A DNA stretch of 63,987 nucleotides, filler included, from Intoshia linei (Eukaryota; Animalia; Orthonectida): the NCBI GenBank assembly GCA_001642005.1. It is 8 parts of 8 records of this genome, joined end to end, with 100 filler letters (N's around TTAATTAATTAA, not from the genome) between each part and the next. Parts side by side here need not be neighbours in the genome. Positions count along the whole stretch, not along the records: positions 1 to 29,017 come from LWCA01000395.1; 7 more parts are not named here. One strand, 5' to 3'. Each line of letters starts with the position of its first letter. The first letter of the stretch is position 1. The notes below the pieces were generated by a model. The model was not told the origin of the DNA, made no database searches, and saw nothing but the letters and a program-made list of their open reading frames with translations. The position numbers and the translations under genes are program-made. Positions 11,823 to 25,385 of this stretch are shown here, piece after piece.

Positions 11823-14800
11823 ATGTTTAACATTTTAAGAAACAATTGTGTCCTTCAAAGGTATATTCATTAATTCTAATAACATTACAAAATAGTTAAT
11901 AATTTTTGTTATAATAATATTATTAAATACACTGACTTGAAAATATTTTTTGGTTTAGATAAGCATATAAAATAGTACAAAACGTTATAAATTATCACTG
12001 ATCCTTACGTGTATTATGTATTAATATTTAATATTTATACAATATATATAATATTAATAATTATGTATATAATATGTACGCAATATTTGTTTGCGTGGGT
12101 GTTCCACTTTATTTTAATAACTACCAGTCTTAGAATTTTATAAAGTCCACATTTCAATTACAGTCTAAACTACTCAATTATTTACCCAAACTCACATCTT
12201 ACGGGTCAAAAACCCCAATTATCCTTTTTTTTGAAAATTAAACGAGTTGGAAAATTTAAAAAAAATTTAATCTGAATAAATGACGACTTCAATGTCAAAA
12301 AAGTATTTTAGTATTCATATATTTTTTTTCCGAAATATTTTATTAAAACAAAAAATGTGAATAATTTACAGGTCCGAAAATTAAAAAAAAAAATTATTCT
12401 GATAGAACTTATTCCAGTTGATATAAATAGAAAAGTAAATAAAAAAGATTATTCTAATAGAGCTTATTCCAATTGATATAAATACAAAAGTTCAACCCGA
12501 GAAATCTACGCATTCCCGATAAAAAATAATTTTTAATATAATCAACTAATATTTTTCAAATATTTCGATTAAAATAAAATTGAAAATGTAAATATTGATC
12601 CTACAATTTTAAATTTTCAGGATACACATTAAACGAGGTTTTGCAAAAAATGAGCCTATATTGGATTATAAAAAAGGTACCACTCAATACAATGAATTGA
12701 AATCTGTGCTTAATGATATGAATTCCAAAGTCCATAAAATTCCAATTATAATAGCTGGCAAAGAATACCATACTGATGATATTATGTACCAAAAAATTGT
12801 AAATTTAATAATTTTTAATACACTCTAAAATTTACATGCTAAATGATATATTAGCCATCCAATCACAATCAAAATTTGGCACAATATTGTTATGCTGATA
12901 AGGTATCGTAGAAGGAATTTTAATTAAATTTTAAGATTTTAATAAAATTGGCTATTAATACAGCTGTAAAAGCTCAAAAAGAATGGTCTCTTTTGAATCA
13001 AACTGAAAGAAGTAAAATTTTTGAAAAAGCAGCCGATTTAGTTAGCGGAAAGTACCGAGCACAATTGTTGTCTTCGACAATGTTAGGACAAGGAAAAACA
13101 ATTTTCCAAGCTGAAATTGATGCAGCATGCGAACTGGCCGATTTTTACCGATTTCATTCTGAATGGGCAAAAAATTTATCAAAAACTCAACCAATTAGTT
13201 TACCAAATGTTGAAAATAAAATGTTTTATCGTGGCATGGAAGTAAATTTTTTTTAATTTAATCACGTTAAATAATAATATTAGGGGTTTTGGGCGGCAAT
13301 TTGTCCTTTTAATTTTACAGCAATTAGTGGAAATTTAAGTGGAACTCCGGCAATGCTTGGTAATGGTGTCGTTTGGAAACCTTCCGACACTTCTGTTCAT
13401 TCATCGTACTTGATTATAAAGATTCTTATGGAAGCTGGTTTACCCGATGGTGTCATTAATTTTGTACCGGCTGACGGTAAAACATTTGGAAAATGTATCA
13501 CGAAAAGTATCCATTTATCAGGGATAAATTTTACTGGTAGTGAAAGGTATTCGATGGTCATTGTATTTCTTTTGTATAATTAGAACATTTACTACACTTT
13601 GGAAAGATGTCGCTGATAATATCGACAAATATACCAACTATCCGCGTTTAATTGGAGGTACACTATTTTTTATTATTGACCAATATTATATAAAGACTAA
13701 CCATGGTAATATAATGAATTTTTACCATAAAATTATTTATGCCTTGGTCTTTATACACTTACCCCCTCCCCCTGTTGATGAAATAAACTTTTCAAAAAAA
13801 TTTACGATCGACTACAGTGTAGTAGTCACTACAGTAAGGTAATTTGATGTGACGTTTAATTTTATAATTTCTGGTTTACAGAATGTGGCGGTAAAAATTA
13901 TCATTTGATTCATGAATCTGCTAAAAAAGACATTGATGCGATAGTTTACGATTCGTGCCGTTCTGCTTTTGAATATTCTGGTCAGAAATGCTCGGCTTGT
14001 TCGGTAATGGTGATTTTGGTGAAATTTGATAATTTTATAGAGAATCTATATACCGTCCAATTTATGGAATCCTATTAAAGATAAATTTATCGAATCTATG
14101 AAAAAAATCAAATTGGGTGACGTTTTGGATGATGACACATTTTTATCTAGTGTGATTGACGAAAAAGTAGACATAATTTACATGTCAATTAATTTTTTTC
14201 GTCTAGTCTTTTGATCGAATTAATAAAGCCATTACAAGTGCAAAATCTGACCCAGAGTGTACAATTATCTGTGGAGGCGATACGGATAAAAGGTTTCAAA
14301 ATATCTAAAAATTAAAGTTAACATTTTTTACATCTTGGATAGTAAAGGATATTACATTCAACCTACATTAATTCAAACTAAAAATCCTAATCATAATTTA
14401 CTTAAAGAGGTTGATTGTATTTTTTTGTTATTATGTTAAATTTTAGGAATTATTTGGACCAGTTTTGGCAGTGTATGTATATGAACCAAATGATTGGGAT
14501 ACTATTATTGCTTTGATTAATAAATCTAAGCATGCTCTCACTGGGTCAATTTACTGCTATGATAAGTTTTTAAATGGTTTGTTAACGTTTTATTTAATTT
14601 AGGAATATTCTTAATGTTTCGAGAAAATTATTAGTTAATACTACGGGAAATTTTTATATTAATAATAAAAGTACTGGATCTGTGGTGGGTCAACAACCTT
14701 TTGGTGGTGCAAGGAAATCTGGTATGCATTTAATTTTTTTTAGGTTTTGGTATTTTTATGTATTTACTTGTACAGTAAGCCTCCAGTATTCGCCGAAAAG

Positions 14801-15751
14801 TTGGTCATATATTTACTCTTTTCTATACAACTCAATAACTTTTATCCTTTTAATGGCAGATCCAAATTTGTTTTTTGAAAAATTTTATTAGTTTTATCAA
14901 CGGATTGAATCCAAGGCATGCAAATGTTAATTGAGCGAATATTGGAGACTCTAGTTCAGGGGTGCATATCTTTCTACCAATTCAGCCGAAGCTTCTTTAC
15001 TCATTGATACTACACCCGCAAAAAATTTACATTGAGACATTGAGAAAGTGACCAAAGTTAAAAATGTATCTTGATGTGATTGTGACTTTATCAATTTGAC
15101 GTAAAATGATATATTTCATTGCACAAAGCAACCATAAAATTTATTTAAATCATTTTAAAAATTCGCCCATTGTGCATAGTTATAACAAGTTATAAAGATT
15201 CGAAATATTTCGCGTCTTAGCAATTCCCACATTTTAACATGCTTTAACTACTCACATAAATAATGTAAATTTTGTATCGTATGAAAAAAATTAATTGGCT
15301 CAAAGAGGTCGATTCTTCCATTATTGCGAACAACTGCTCAGTATTAATACCAACTTTACATATTTACTTTGGACTTAAAGTTTAGGACTAATAAAAGAGT
15401 TTTCTTTAAATTTTAAATAATAGTAATGTAAGTAAAGAAACTGGGACAAAGTCAAAAATGCAAATTTTTCATTAAAATACTTTAAATTGCCTTTCATAAA
15501 ATTTGATTTAATCTTTTCAATTTGAAATAAAATTATATATTGCATTATGATAACCTGAATTGACCACGGCCACAGATAGAAGTTTTCACGGCCGCAAGTT
15601 GTGTACCCCTGATCTAATTTATTTTTGAAAAATAAATTAAACTATAGGAACAAATGATAAGGCTGGATCTCCGTACTATGTAACGAAATTTACTAACATT
15701 TTATCTGTAAAACGTACATTTAAACCAACTAAACAATTGTTAAACGATTAA
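11823..15751 (+). CDS. ALDH4A1: Delta-1-pyrroline-5-carboxylate dehydrogenase, mitochondrial, multi-exon
   Basis: Spliced translation gives MFNILRNNCVLQR/IHIKRGFAKNEPILDY.., TMLGQGKTIFQAEIDAACELADF, PFNFTAI, WKPS, FTGS, ECGGKN, FEYSGQKCSACSR (catalytic Cys), EELFGP and GQQPFGGARKSGTNDKAG, with the stop at 15749-15751. Confidence 0.95.
12002..12608 (+). mobile_element. Helitron family A 5' fragment in ALDH4A1 intron 1
   Basis: Starts A^TCCTTAC and matches 36886-37600 block by block. Confidence 0.8.
14957..15611. mobile_element. hAT/Buster MITE in the last ALDH4A1 intron
   Basis: TIRs CAGGGGTGCATATCTT / AAGTTGTGTACCCCTG, with a degenerate 8-bp TSD CTCTAGTT/ATCTAATT carrying a central TA. Confidence 0.7.
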
Positions 15752-15959
15752 ATTTTTTATAGTTTCATTTATTCTTAATGTAAATAAAATACGTCTATAT
15801 AAAATTGAATATCTGTGTTTCCGTTTTATTTAAAAATGAGAGTATACGTTAATTTGTAAAGTTTTATTTATAAATAGTCGCTTTTGTGAATCTTTTTGTT
15901 AAAATTATTTTACATAGATTAAATTTTTTTAAACAAACTTTTGAAGTGTTTTTATAGTG

Positions 15960-16400
15960 ATTATGATTTCCCGGAAAATGGTAAAAGTCGAGAATCGGGA
16001 AATTAAAAATTAAATTTCCCGGGAAAAATAAAAAATTTTTATTCATTTATAATATAGAAACATTAAAAATTTTAGAAACAAAAAAGAAAATTAATTATTG
16101 AAATAACACGAATCTAGATTGAAATTTACAAATTTAATTAGAAAAAAATTTATTTATTTTAGATTGTTGAAAAAGTGTTTCAAAACACACATAATATTGA
16201 TAGATTCGTTTTTTAAACGATTTCTACGTTTTGTAACGAAATTAGAAGCAGTAGAGAAATTTCTTTCATTTTGTGTTGACGCAGGTTGAACGGTCATAAG
16301 GGCTTTCTTTAATTTTAACAATCTTGATGATAGCGTTCCAATTCGTAACAACTCATAACGTAGCAAACATAAGTGGGAGTCATGAAATAACAATCATGAA
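15960..16400 (-). mobile_element. hAT transposase C-terminal dimerisation-domain relic
   Basis: KALMTVQPASTQNERNFSTASNFVTKRRNRLKNESINIMCVLK matches the S..ER.FS......R..L hATC motif. A frameshifted sister copy lies at about 29810-30160 (+). Confidence 0.75.
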
Positions 16401-16826
16401 CATTATAATAAATCACAACTTTGACAATAATTAATAATAATAATTTTTACGATAAAAACCATAAATTACAATTTTAAAAAAAATCTCTAGTCAATACTTA
16501 TTTCCAATTCATTATATATATTCAGCCAAGACATAATAACCGAGTAATGTCTATCTACATTGGATAATTAAAAACTACCAAAAATCTGTTGGACATGCCG
16601 TGGTAAATTAAAAGTTTCAGTAAACCAACTGTACCAAATTTGTCTTGGAACCGTCAACACTGGTCTCATGTCATCAATATTTAAATCTTATGTGAATCAA
16701 TATTTGACACATGTTGAATTGTTTATTACAAATAAAATACAATTAAAATATTCAATGATGGAAGCAGGATAAAAGCCCAGAAACCAGAATTAAAAATGAT
16801 TAAAATCGAAGGTGAAGGTATAAAAT

Positions 16827-18079
16827 TTACATTTTTGGACTTTTAGACGGTATTTTTGCATAACAAATCTTTGGGTCGTTTTTTTTTTGTCTTACATTAT
16901 TGTACTCTCGTTGTTTGAGTACAGTCCAATCATATAAAAAGTCGTTATCATGGTTATAAGTTCTAAATAGGATTCGTAGCATCTGTCGAAGGTATAAATA
17001 ATCGGGTGTTTCATCGAAGCGTAATCCCCTGCAATAATTTAGATACATTGGGTATTCAACTGGAAATCCCTACAATGTAAAATAACAATTAAAAAAATGC
17101 TTACTTTGCATAAAGTTTCTACTGGTGTGCTCATTTTGCGTTCAGATATTCGATCATACTTTTGTTTTTTCGTTGTAGCCTTGAGACCTTGCCAAGGTAA
17201 AGAGCCTCTATTAAAATACATGAATACAAATCCTAATGATTCCAAATCATCTCTTCTGCTTTGCTCAATACCTAAATTTACTATAATGTTATAAAATTAC
17301 AAACATACCCAAGTGAGCGTTAATTGAAGCGTATCGGGCAGTACCAGTAAGATTTTTGTCTTCTCGATAAGAAATATGCTGCCTTGTTGCAAGATCCCTA
17401 TATTTTTTGGCCAACCCAAAGTCGATGATATAAACCTGAGGATATTTAAAAATAGAAACAAATAAATTACTTTGTTACAATGCCTTCCTACTCCCATTAA
17501 AAAGTTGTCTGGTTTTATATCGCGATGGCTAAAGAGATGTAAAAATAAACACTAAACACTTACATGAAATATTTACTATGAATATATTCGATTCTAGCAA
17601 TCATCTAAAGAATTGTAATTAAAATTGATAAATCCAACCTGATCGCCGAGCATTAGTACAGTTTTCATAGTAAAATTTCGGGAGCAAAAATTAAATAAAT
17701 CTTCTAAACTTGGGCCTAATAGTTCCATTACCATCACATTAAATAATCCTTGACGGTCATAACATCTACATTGTAGTATTAAATAGTATCCCCAAAAAAT
17801 TACTTTATATGAGGAAACCCTACGGCACCGGCAAAGTATTTGTATATTTTACTTTCGTAAATAAGTTGCAAATGCCGACTGTGTATTGATTCCAACTTTA
17901 CTGCAACTTCCTATCGAAATTTTTAGTTTTTAAATTTTAATTAATTTTTTAAAAACCTCATTAGTTTCTTTATTTATAGCTACGAATATTACTCCAAATG
18001 AACCACTCCCGATTTTTCGTATCAGTCTGTACTTTTCAAATACATACTCGGGGTAATTGCATAATTTTGACGAATCCAT
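16827..18079 (-). CDS. CSNK1A1: Casein kinase I (alpha-like), copy 1, multi-exon
   Basis: [108 protein letters not shown] and LPWQGLKA. All introns are tiny. Confidence 0.93.
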
Positions 18080-18981
18080 TCACAACAATTATTCAATAGC
18101 GTCAGCTTTTTAAAATTATGGACTTTATTTGTCGCTACAAATATGATTTTCTTGTTTTCAATTTATTCTAGAAACTCTGGTGATTTACAACAAACCGTCT
18201 CGCCCATTAGTTACGTCTGTAAGTTATAGACTTACATTAGTCTTATTTTAAGAGAAATATCATCTACTTTTAAACTTGTAGTTTCATTTTTATTCAACAT
18301 TACTCTCATGTTTTCAAAGTTTAAGTCTAGTTTTAACAATGTTCAAACAATGCTCATTGAACATGAAAAAATTCTTTCATATTTAGACTCAAACTACATT
18401 GTACCTAATTGACTATAACTTAATTATATTTGTACCTGTTTATTTTTGAATTTATTAATACAGTACATTTAGTTATTATTTATTTGATTTCTCAATGCCT
18501 TACTTATTTTCAAGTTGAATCGAATACTCTATCAACTCGGAAATTTATATACGTAGTATTTATTAGTTTATTAGATTTTTGTTGATACATTTCAAACTAA
18601 TCGTATTACATTGCTAATATAACATGGGCGAAATAATGCATTAAAATTTTAATGAAATCACCTATATTACTCGGAAATCATTCAAACTTCTTGATATAAC
18701 AATGTCCACATGAGATAAACATTAATATTGTTTCCATTTTAGAATTGTTGAGTTTACTGTTTGTATTTCATTATTTACCTACATGAGGGTATTCATAGGG
18801 ATTGATTAGAATTTTTCTTATGGAAATTTGGATTATGGTTTTTTATATTCAGGTTTTGAATCCTTTTAATGTAAATGAAAAGCAAATAACAAGGTCATTT
18901 CAGTAGTATAAACTAAACGACAGTATTAATCAATTCTAATTACGTGAATCCAATCTACGAACTAAGCTTATTATATTATAG

Positions 18982-19580
18982 CTAGCTTGGCTGTTTTGTA
19001 CTTCGTACAAACAGCACCTAACTTTTCTACTTCTACCAAATACTAAAATTCCACTACTTTCATATAACTAATGTTTTAATGTAATGGTTCCCAAACGTGT
19101 GAAGATAATTTTTATTTTTAAATTCTTGGACCATTTAATTATATCAAATTGTTTTTTGAACATGAAAGATTAACTTAGCATTGAAACTTTTTATATATTT
19201 TATTGGAAAAAGCAATATTAAATGTGATTTTTTTTTAAATTCTAGGACTATAGATTTTTTAATTTTATAAAATAACGATAATGCACATACAGGCACACAA
19301 AGACTTTTATATAAGTTAGTATCGGTAATTTGGGTTTTAATCATGAAGATATAAGTTTTTAAAATTGAAATTTATAATGTTCATGATTTTAAAATATGTA
19401 TCAGAATGTAAATTTAAAAAAATTTCTAAGTCTCGTTTTATTTTTAAAAATAAGATGGGTAGTTTGAGGTTTTTACCCTGAAAGACTCAATTTCTAAAAT
19501 CTAATTTGCATAAAAGGTAATCCTCGAAAAACTGTAATAGAAATTGGTATTTTTAAAAATCTACACATTTTAATTTCGTA
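18982..19580 (-). mobile_element. Helitron (subfamily B) with 3' hairpin-CTAG end
   Basis: CTAGCTTGGCTGTTTTGTACTTCGTACAAACAGCACCTA at 18982. Internal blocks are shared with 27336-28267 and 32350-33177. Confidence 0.7.
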
Positions 19581-19609
19581 CATAAGATGGAACAAATAAA
19601 ATTAAAAAA

Positions 19610-19860
19610 CTGGAACTCTTTGAAAATAATTACGATTAATTAGTGTAAAAAAATCCTTTAAATCCTCTGATTTCTCTAAAAACAACTTTGAAAATATGGC
19701 TAAAACAAATCAACAAAACCCCTTTGAAAATATAACTAAAAAAATCCACTAAAACCCCATTGAAGATATAGTTAAAAAATTTCTCTAAAAACCCCCTTGA
19801 AAATATAGTTTAAAAAATTCTCTTTATAAATTGGTAAAAAAATCCCCTGAAAATATGGTA
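19610..19860. repeat. Minisatellite, unit about 37 bp (AAAACCCCTTTGAAAATATAGTTAAAAAATTTCTCT-like)
   Basis: About 5-6 imperfect tandem copies are visible. Confidence 0.7.
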
Positions 19861-19861
19861 C

Positions 19862-20106
19862 TAAGATATAATAACCAAGTAATGTCTATCAACATTGGAT
19901 AATTCTTGATGATTCAAAACTACCCAAAATCTGTTGGGTATGCCGTGGCAAATTTAAAAGTTTCAGTAAACCAACTGTACCAATTTCTAACCGTACTAAT
20001 AGTTTCTAACCGTCAAAATTAAATAAATCTTTTAAACTTGGGCTTAATAGTTCCATTACCATCACGTTAAATAATCCTTGACGACAATGACACCTACAAT
20101 GTAGTA
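19862..20106 (-). pseudogene. Relic of a duplicated CK1 copy 1 locus (3' flank fused to an internal exon)
   Basis: 19862-20013 duplicates about 16528-16656, and about 20015-20106 duplicates the CK1 exon at about 17687-17778 (MVMELL.PSL.DLFNF). Confidence 0.75.
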
Positions 20107-20164
20107 ATTTTTCAATATATTAATTTATTATAAATAAAAAATAATTTATATAAACCTAATGAAA

Positions 20165-20670
20165 AAATGAAAAAAATTTTGAAGAAATGAATTATATAGA
20201 TTTTCGCTATTATTTCTTTGTTGGAAATTTGTAGACGTTCAATGCACATTCTTTTTTGAAATTGTAAGATCAATATTTATTTTAATCGAAATATTTGAAG
20301 ATTAATGGTTGAATATATAATAAAAATTATTTTTCGACGGGAATGCGTAGAAAGGGATTTCTGGGGCTGAAATTTTGCATTTATATAAATTGTAATAAGC
20401 TCTATCAGAATAATCTCTTTTTTTAATTTTCGGAATGTTAATTATTTCACATTTTTTGTTAATAAAAATATTTCGGAAAAAAAATATATGAATACTAAAG
20501 TACTTTTTTGACCATAAAGGCGTTAGTTATTCAGATGGAAATTTTTTGTGTGTGTTAACAGGATACAACTGTACCATTAGTAAAATTTTATAAACTCTAG
20601 AGTTGTTTTCATTTAAAAAAAAGTAATTTGGGGTTTTGGACTTTAAGATATATTTTTTTAAAATTAAATG
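20165..20670 (-). mobile_element. Helitron family A internal fragment, followed by a hAT MITE end (to 20890)
   Basis: Shares Helitron blocks. The downstream GAGCCAC...GGCCCCC...TTTGGTGGCCACTG is a hAT-type right end. Confidence 0.65.
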
Positions 20671-21215
20671 TTTTAAACAGAGACCAAAATTTTTTAATTA
20701 TTTAAAATTTTCGGCGAGCCACAAAAAATTTCAAGAGCCACAGGTATATACTATCGACTTATCATTTCTAGATCATGAGAAACTTATTAATTCATTCACT
20801 TAAACTTTAAATTGCCATATAGATTTTTTATCTGGCTCGCGGATTTTTTTATTATTCTGGCCCCCGTGCCAAAAACTTTGGTGGCCACTGGTCTAAGTGA
20901 TTACATTTTAGTTTTTAAATAACACTAAACCTTAACTTTTTAATTTATAAATACATGCTGACTAAACAGCCCCAAAATAATTTGACACTCAGGTTAAGAA
21001 CCCATGACGTAGTCTGCTTTTAGAAATTGGACCCAATTAAAATGAATATTTGATCTTACTTGTATTCTACGTTACTAAATTACACAATAGAATGTACAAT
21101 GTACAATGTAGGTAAATTTATTTTACATTGGTTAAAAGATTAAAAGTGAAATTGTACACAATATATTTCAATGTTTTCAAAGTGGAAGGTTTGGTATTTG
21201 AAATTTGAAAATTTA

Positions 21216-23982
21216 TTAATTTTTGCCTTTTGCATCCGTCTTTTCACGCTGTTTTAATATGGTCCAATCATATAAAAAGTCATTATCATGATTGTATGTT
21301 TTGAATAAAAATCGAAACATTTGACGTAAATATAAATAATCTGGATTGTCTTTAAAATTGAGTTCTCGGCAATAGTTTAAATACATTGGATATTCGACGG
21401 GAAACCCCTAAAATTGAAAAAATTTTAAAATGAATAATCAAACTAACCTTGCATAATGTTTCGATAGTTGTAGCACACTTTTTTTCACATATTCGATCGT
21501 ATTTTTGCTTTTTTGTATTGGCCTTGAGTCCTTGCCAAGGAAGGGAACCTCGACTAAAATACATAAAAACATATCCTAGCGATTCCAAATCATCTCTACG
21601 ACTTTGTTCAACTCCTAAACGGATAAATAAAGATACAATGGATTACAATAATATAAATTAATTTACCCAAATGAGAATTAATGGATGCATATCTAGCAGT
21701 TCCAGTAAGACTTTTGTCAGATCTGTATGGGATGTGTTCTCCAGTAGAATTATCTTTATACTTTTTAGACAATCCAAAATCGATTATATACACCTGCAAT
21801 TGATATCAATTAAAATTGCAGCAATACATTTTAATGAATAATACCTTATTACAATGTCTTCCCACTCCCATTAAAAAATTATCTGGTTTTATATCTCGAT
21901 GTCTAGTAAAAATTAAATAAACATTTTACAAAAACTTGCATAAAATATTTATGGTGCATAAATTCTATTCTAGCAATCATCTAAAACAAATATATTAATA
22001 AACACTCCAAAATACCTGATCTCCTAACATTAAAACTGTCTTCATAGTAAATCGACGAGAACAAAAATTGAACAAGTCCTCTAAACTGGGACCAAGTAAT
22101 TCCATTACCATCGCATTATATTTTCCTTGCCGTTCGTAGCATCTAGTTTTAAATTTTATGATACAATACAAGATAAATAATTTAGTAAATGTTACTTTAT
22201 TCTAGGAAAACCACATCCACCTTGCAGGTATCTATAAATTCGGCTTTCATAAATCAATTGCAAGTGTCTATTGTTAACAGATTCCAATTTAATAGCTACT
22301 TCCTATGCAAAATGTAAATTTTCGTAGAATTATAATAATGCATAAAATGGGTACGTTAAAACAGATCTGACAAAACTTTTAAGCACATTAATGTCAAAGT
22401 TAAATATGTTAGAAATTTAGGTGCATGAATTTCATGGCGCCTATCATAAGATCAACTGAAATGTTTATAAAATAAATACGTGGCAATATTTGATTTTTTA
22501 TTATTTCTCAAAATTGGGTTGTATTAAAATCGACGCCTTGAATTTATTAATTAAACGGTAATACACATAATCATTCAATTTTATACAAGTATAAGATTAA
22601 TGAAAAATTAAAATCTTTATTGTAAAATTTCAATAAAAGTAACAATTACCTCAAAAAAAAAGAAGAGTTTTATTTGAAATTTTTTAAATTGATTCATGCA
22701 AATTTAGATTCTTTTTATAAAACTTCAAAAAATCTTACTATTACCAGAAAATAAGTTTATTTGATATTTTTTATGTTAAAATTCATGGAAAATTTAAAAT
22801 ATTTTGATAAAATTTCAAAACAACATACAATCATCTCCAAAATCGTTTTATTTAAGATATTTATATTACATTTTTAAAAAACTATTATAATTAGCCTCAA
22901 AATGATTTTGTATCAAATTTTTTTAATAATACAAAGAAAATTTTACAAAATTCCATAAATTTTAGATTTCATGGAAAATTTGATATATTTTTATCAAATT
23001 CAAAAAATCTTACTATTACCAGCAAACGAGTCTATTTGATATTTTTTATGATTAAATTCATATAAATTTTGAATAATTTTAATAAAATTTAAAAAAATAC
23101 CAAATAAGTGTTTTTGCGATATTTTAAATTAATTTTTATGCAAAACTGTTCTAACCTCAAAAATATTTCTAGCCATATTTTCTTATCAACTCAAAGAAAA
23201 ATTTGAATAAATTTCAAAAAAATTAAAATTACATTTTGTACCGATAATATACCGAAAAAAGAAGTTTATTTTAGATTTTTTTAAAGGTGTTCTAATTATC
23301 CATAAAATTATTTTTTGCGATATTTGATAATTACGTTAAATTTGCATAATTTTTAAAACACAAAAAAAATCGTGTAAAAAATAAATATAGACTTTGACCC
23401 TTTCACTGTCTGGAATGTATGTTTTAATTAAAACTTGTATAATTTTTAAATTACCTATGTGAAAATGTATAAAAATAAAAGAATAAAGTTTTTAAAAATT
23501 ATGCTGTGTATAGTATAGAATATACAAATAGGGAAAGGGTTAAGACTTTTTCTTAAACTTGATAACCACCAATGCATTGCAATTAAGTCTACTTCTACAG
23601 TATTAAATTCACGAATTGTAATTTATAGTTCAATTATATGTTAATAAACTCAAAAACTGAGACAATTATAATAAAATTCTTGTGTAAAGAGTTGTGAATC
23701 AATTATAATTAGACAAACTAAAATTAATGAACAATTTGTAAATAAATACTAAAACATAAACATGACACAATCCAAATAAAACTGAGTTATAGAAACCAAA
23801 TTGCAACTATCTGCTCAAAATATCAATTATAAAACAATTAACAAAAATGAAAAACATACCTCTTTCGTTTCTCGATGTATAGCCAAAAAAATGACACCAA
23901 ATGACCCACTTCCAATTTTCCTAATAAGCCTGTAATTTTCAAAAATATAATCTGGATATTCGTTATCCTTAGATGCGTTCAT
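21216..23982 (-). CDS. CSNK1A1: Casein kinase I (alpha-like), copy 2, multi-exon
   Basis: [29 protein letters not shown].., with the same motifs and intron positions as copy 1. The first intron is expanded to about 1.55 kb, and the protein ends [17 protein letters not shown]. Confidence 0.93.
22600..23350. repeat. Degenerate AT-rich tandem repeat in CK1 copy 2 intron 1
   Basis: Recurrent TTACC..AAAA..AGTTTATTTGATATTTTTT..TTCATGGAAAATTT units. Confidence 0.55.
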
Positions 23983-25385
23983 TTCTAAAATTTTACTTGT
24001 AAAAATTTACATTAATTTTTTAAATTTCAACAAATTACCATAAAATAGTTAAATGATTATGAGAAATATTCAAATAGTTATGTTTGTAAAATTCCACAGC
24101 ATTACTTGATATAAAATAAACAACATTATCATATAAATTTAAATTAAAATAATCATAGAAATCCTCCAATATCAGGAGCAATAATGAAATAAACTTTAAT
24201 TTATTCAATTTTATATTGATCAATTTGATATGATTTTTATAAATTTCAATAAATTGAAATCGAATGTTTGGAAATTATCATTATTTAAATTAAGTTAAAT
24301 ACATTGTAAATTTATTTTGTTCCGTTCATAATACATCAAAAATGTTTATAATTTTCATTTATTTAATCTGTAATTTTAACAATTTTAAACACGTTTTTGG
24401 AATTGAAAAATAAATGATACAAATTTGGTCAATCGTTTATTAAATTTTACAGGTCAGATATACTTTGATAAGAATTAATGCATTCTCTGAAACGAAGCTA
24501 TTTTTATTATTTACATCTTTTGCTAGGATTATTATAATTATGGTGAAGATTGATGTGAATATTTATTCTAGGCTCAAGGTTTGGACTTAATCGAGGGATT
24601 AAAGGCGTATAGATTAACTTCAATATTTGCATTTTTATTCAAACTCAGATTTAGTAATGTAATCCCTATGCATATATAATTTCATTAATTTGTTTCATTT
24701 ATCTCAAATATTCATTGCTGAAACATTGATACATTTGTATAATTCAATACTTCTGCTAAGTAATGATTTAAGCGTACGTATAATCCTAATTATACTGTAT
24801 TTTCTCAATACAATTATAGAGTAGAGTATATTGTATTCAATTTATCTATTGAATAGATGATGCTGTTAAGAATCTCAACTTGAGATTTAAGATACCAAGG
24901 AACGAGTCTGTTTCTAAGTATAAGACATTAATTCTTCCAGATGTCATTCTTTTTATCACAATTTTCATTTGATTCTACGCTAAAACCTTTCAAATTTTAG
25001 TTGGAGGTTCCGAAACTGAGGTTAAGCACCGTGGTATGAAATCAATTTAAACGACTAATACATTTAACAGTATAAAAATTCAACTAGATCCAATCGAATC
25101 GTAGAATTGATAATTATCTAATTTATAATTATAAAATTACAAATCATTATGAAAAAATAAACTTGAATCGTATCCAATGCTATCAATTGGTAGATAAATT
25201 ATCATAAATTATAAATTATTTTAATATCTATGACAAAACAACAAATTTATTCTAAATTAAAAAAAACTTTTTAAATTTAAAAATTTGAATGAATTTTAAT
25301 TTTAATCATTGTTTATATTGATGAAATTTTTTAAAAATATAATAATACAGTAAAGTTTGATTATCTAAAAAAAATAAAAGATTAA

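Noticed and set aside
16528-16660. Duplicated non-coding block with an Sm-site-like ATTTTTGG on the minus strand, possibly a snRNA or SL RNA
   Set aside because: The second copy is explained by the CK1 locus duplication, the motif is altered there, and no recognisable snRNA structure is present.
19610-19860. Repeats of about 37 bp that superficially resemble a CRISPR array
   Set aside because: The repeats are contiguous with no unique spacers, there are no cas genes and the context is eukaryotic. It is a minisatellite.
17097-21661. Plus-strand ORFs at 17097-17294 and 21449-21661 that resemble each other
   Set aside because: They are antisense shadows of conserved CK1 exons.
24035-25060. Short ORFs and AG/GT-like sites between CK1 copy 2 and cactin
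   Set aside because: No coherent spliced frame or recognisable motif could be built.
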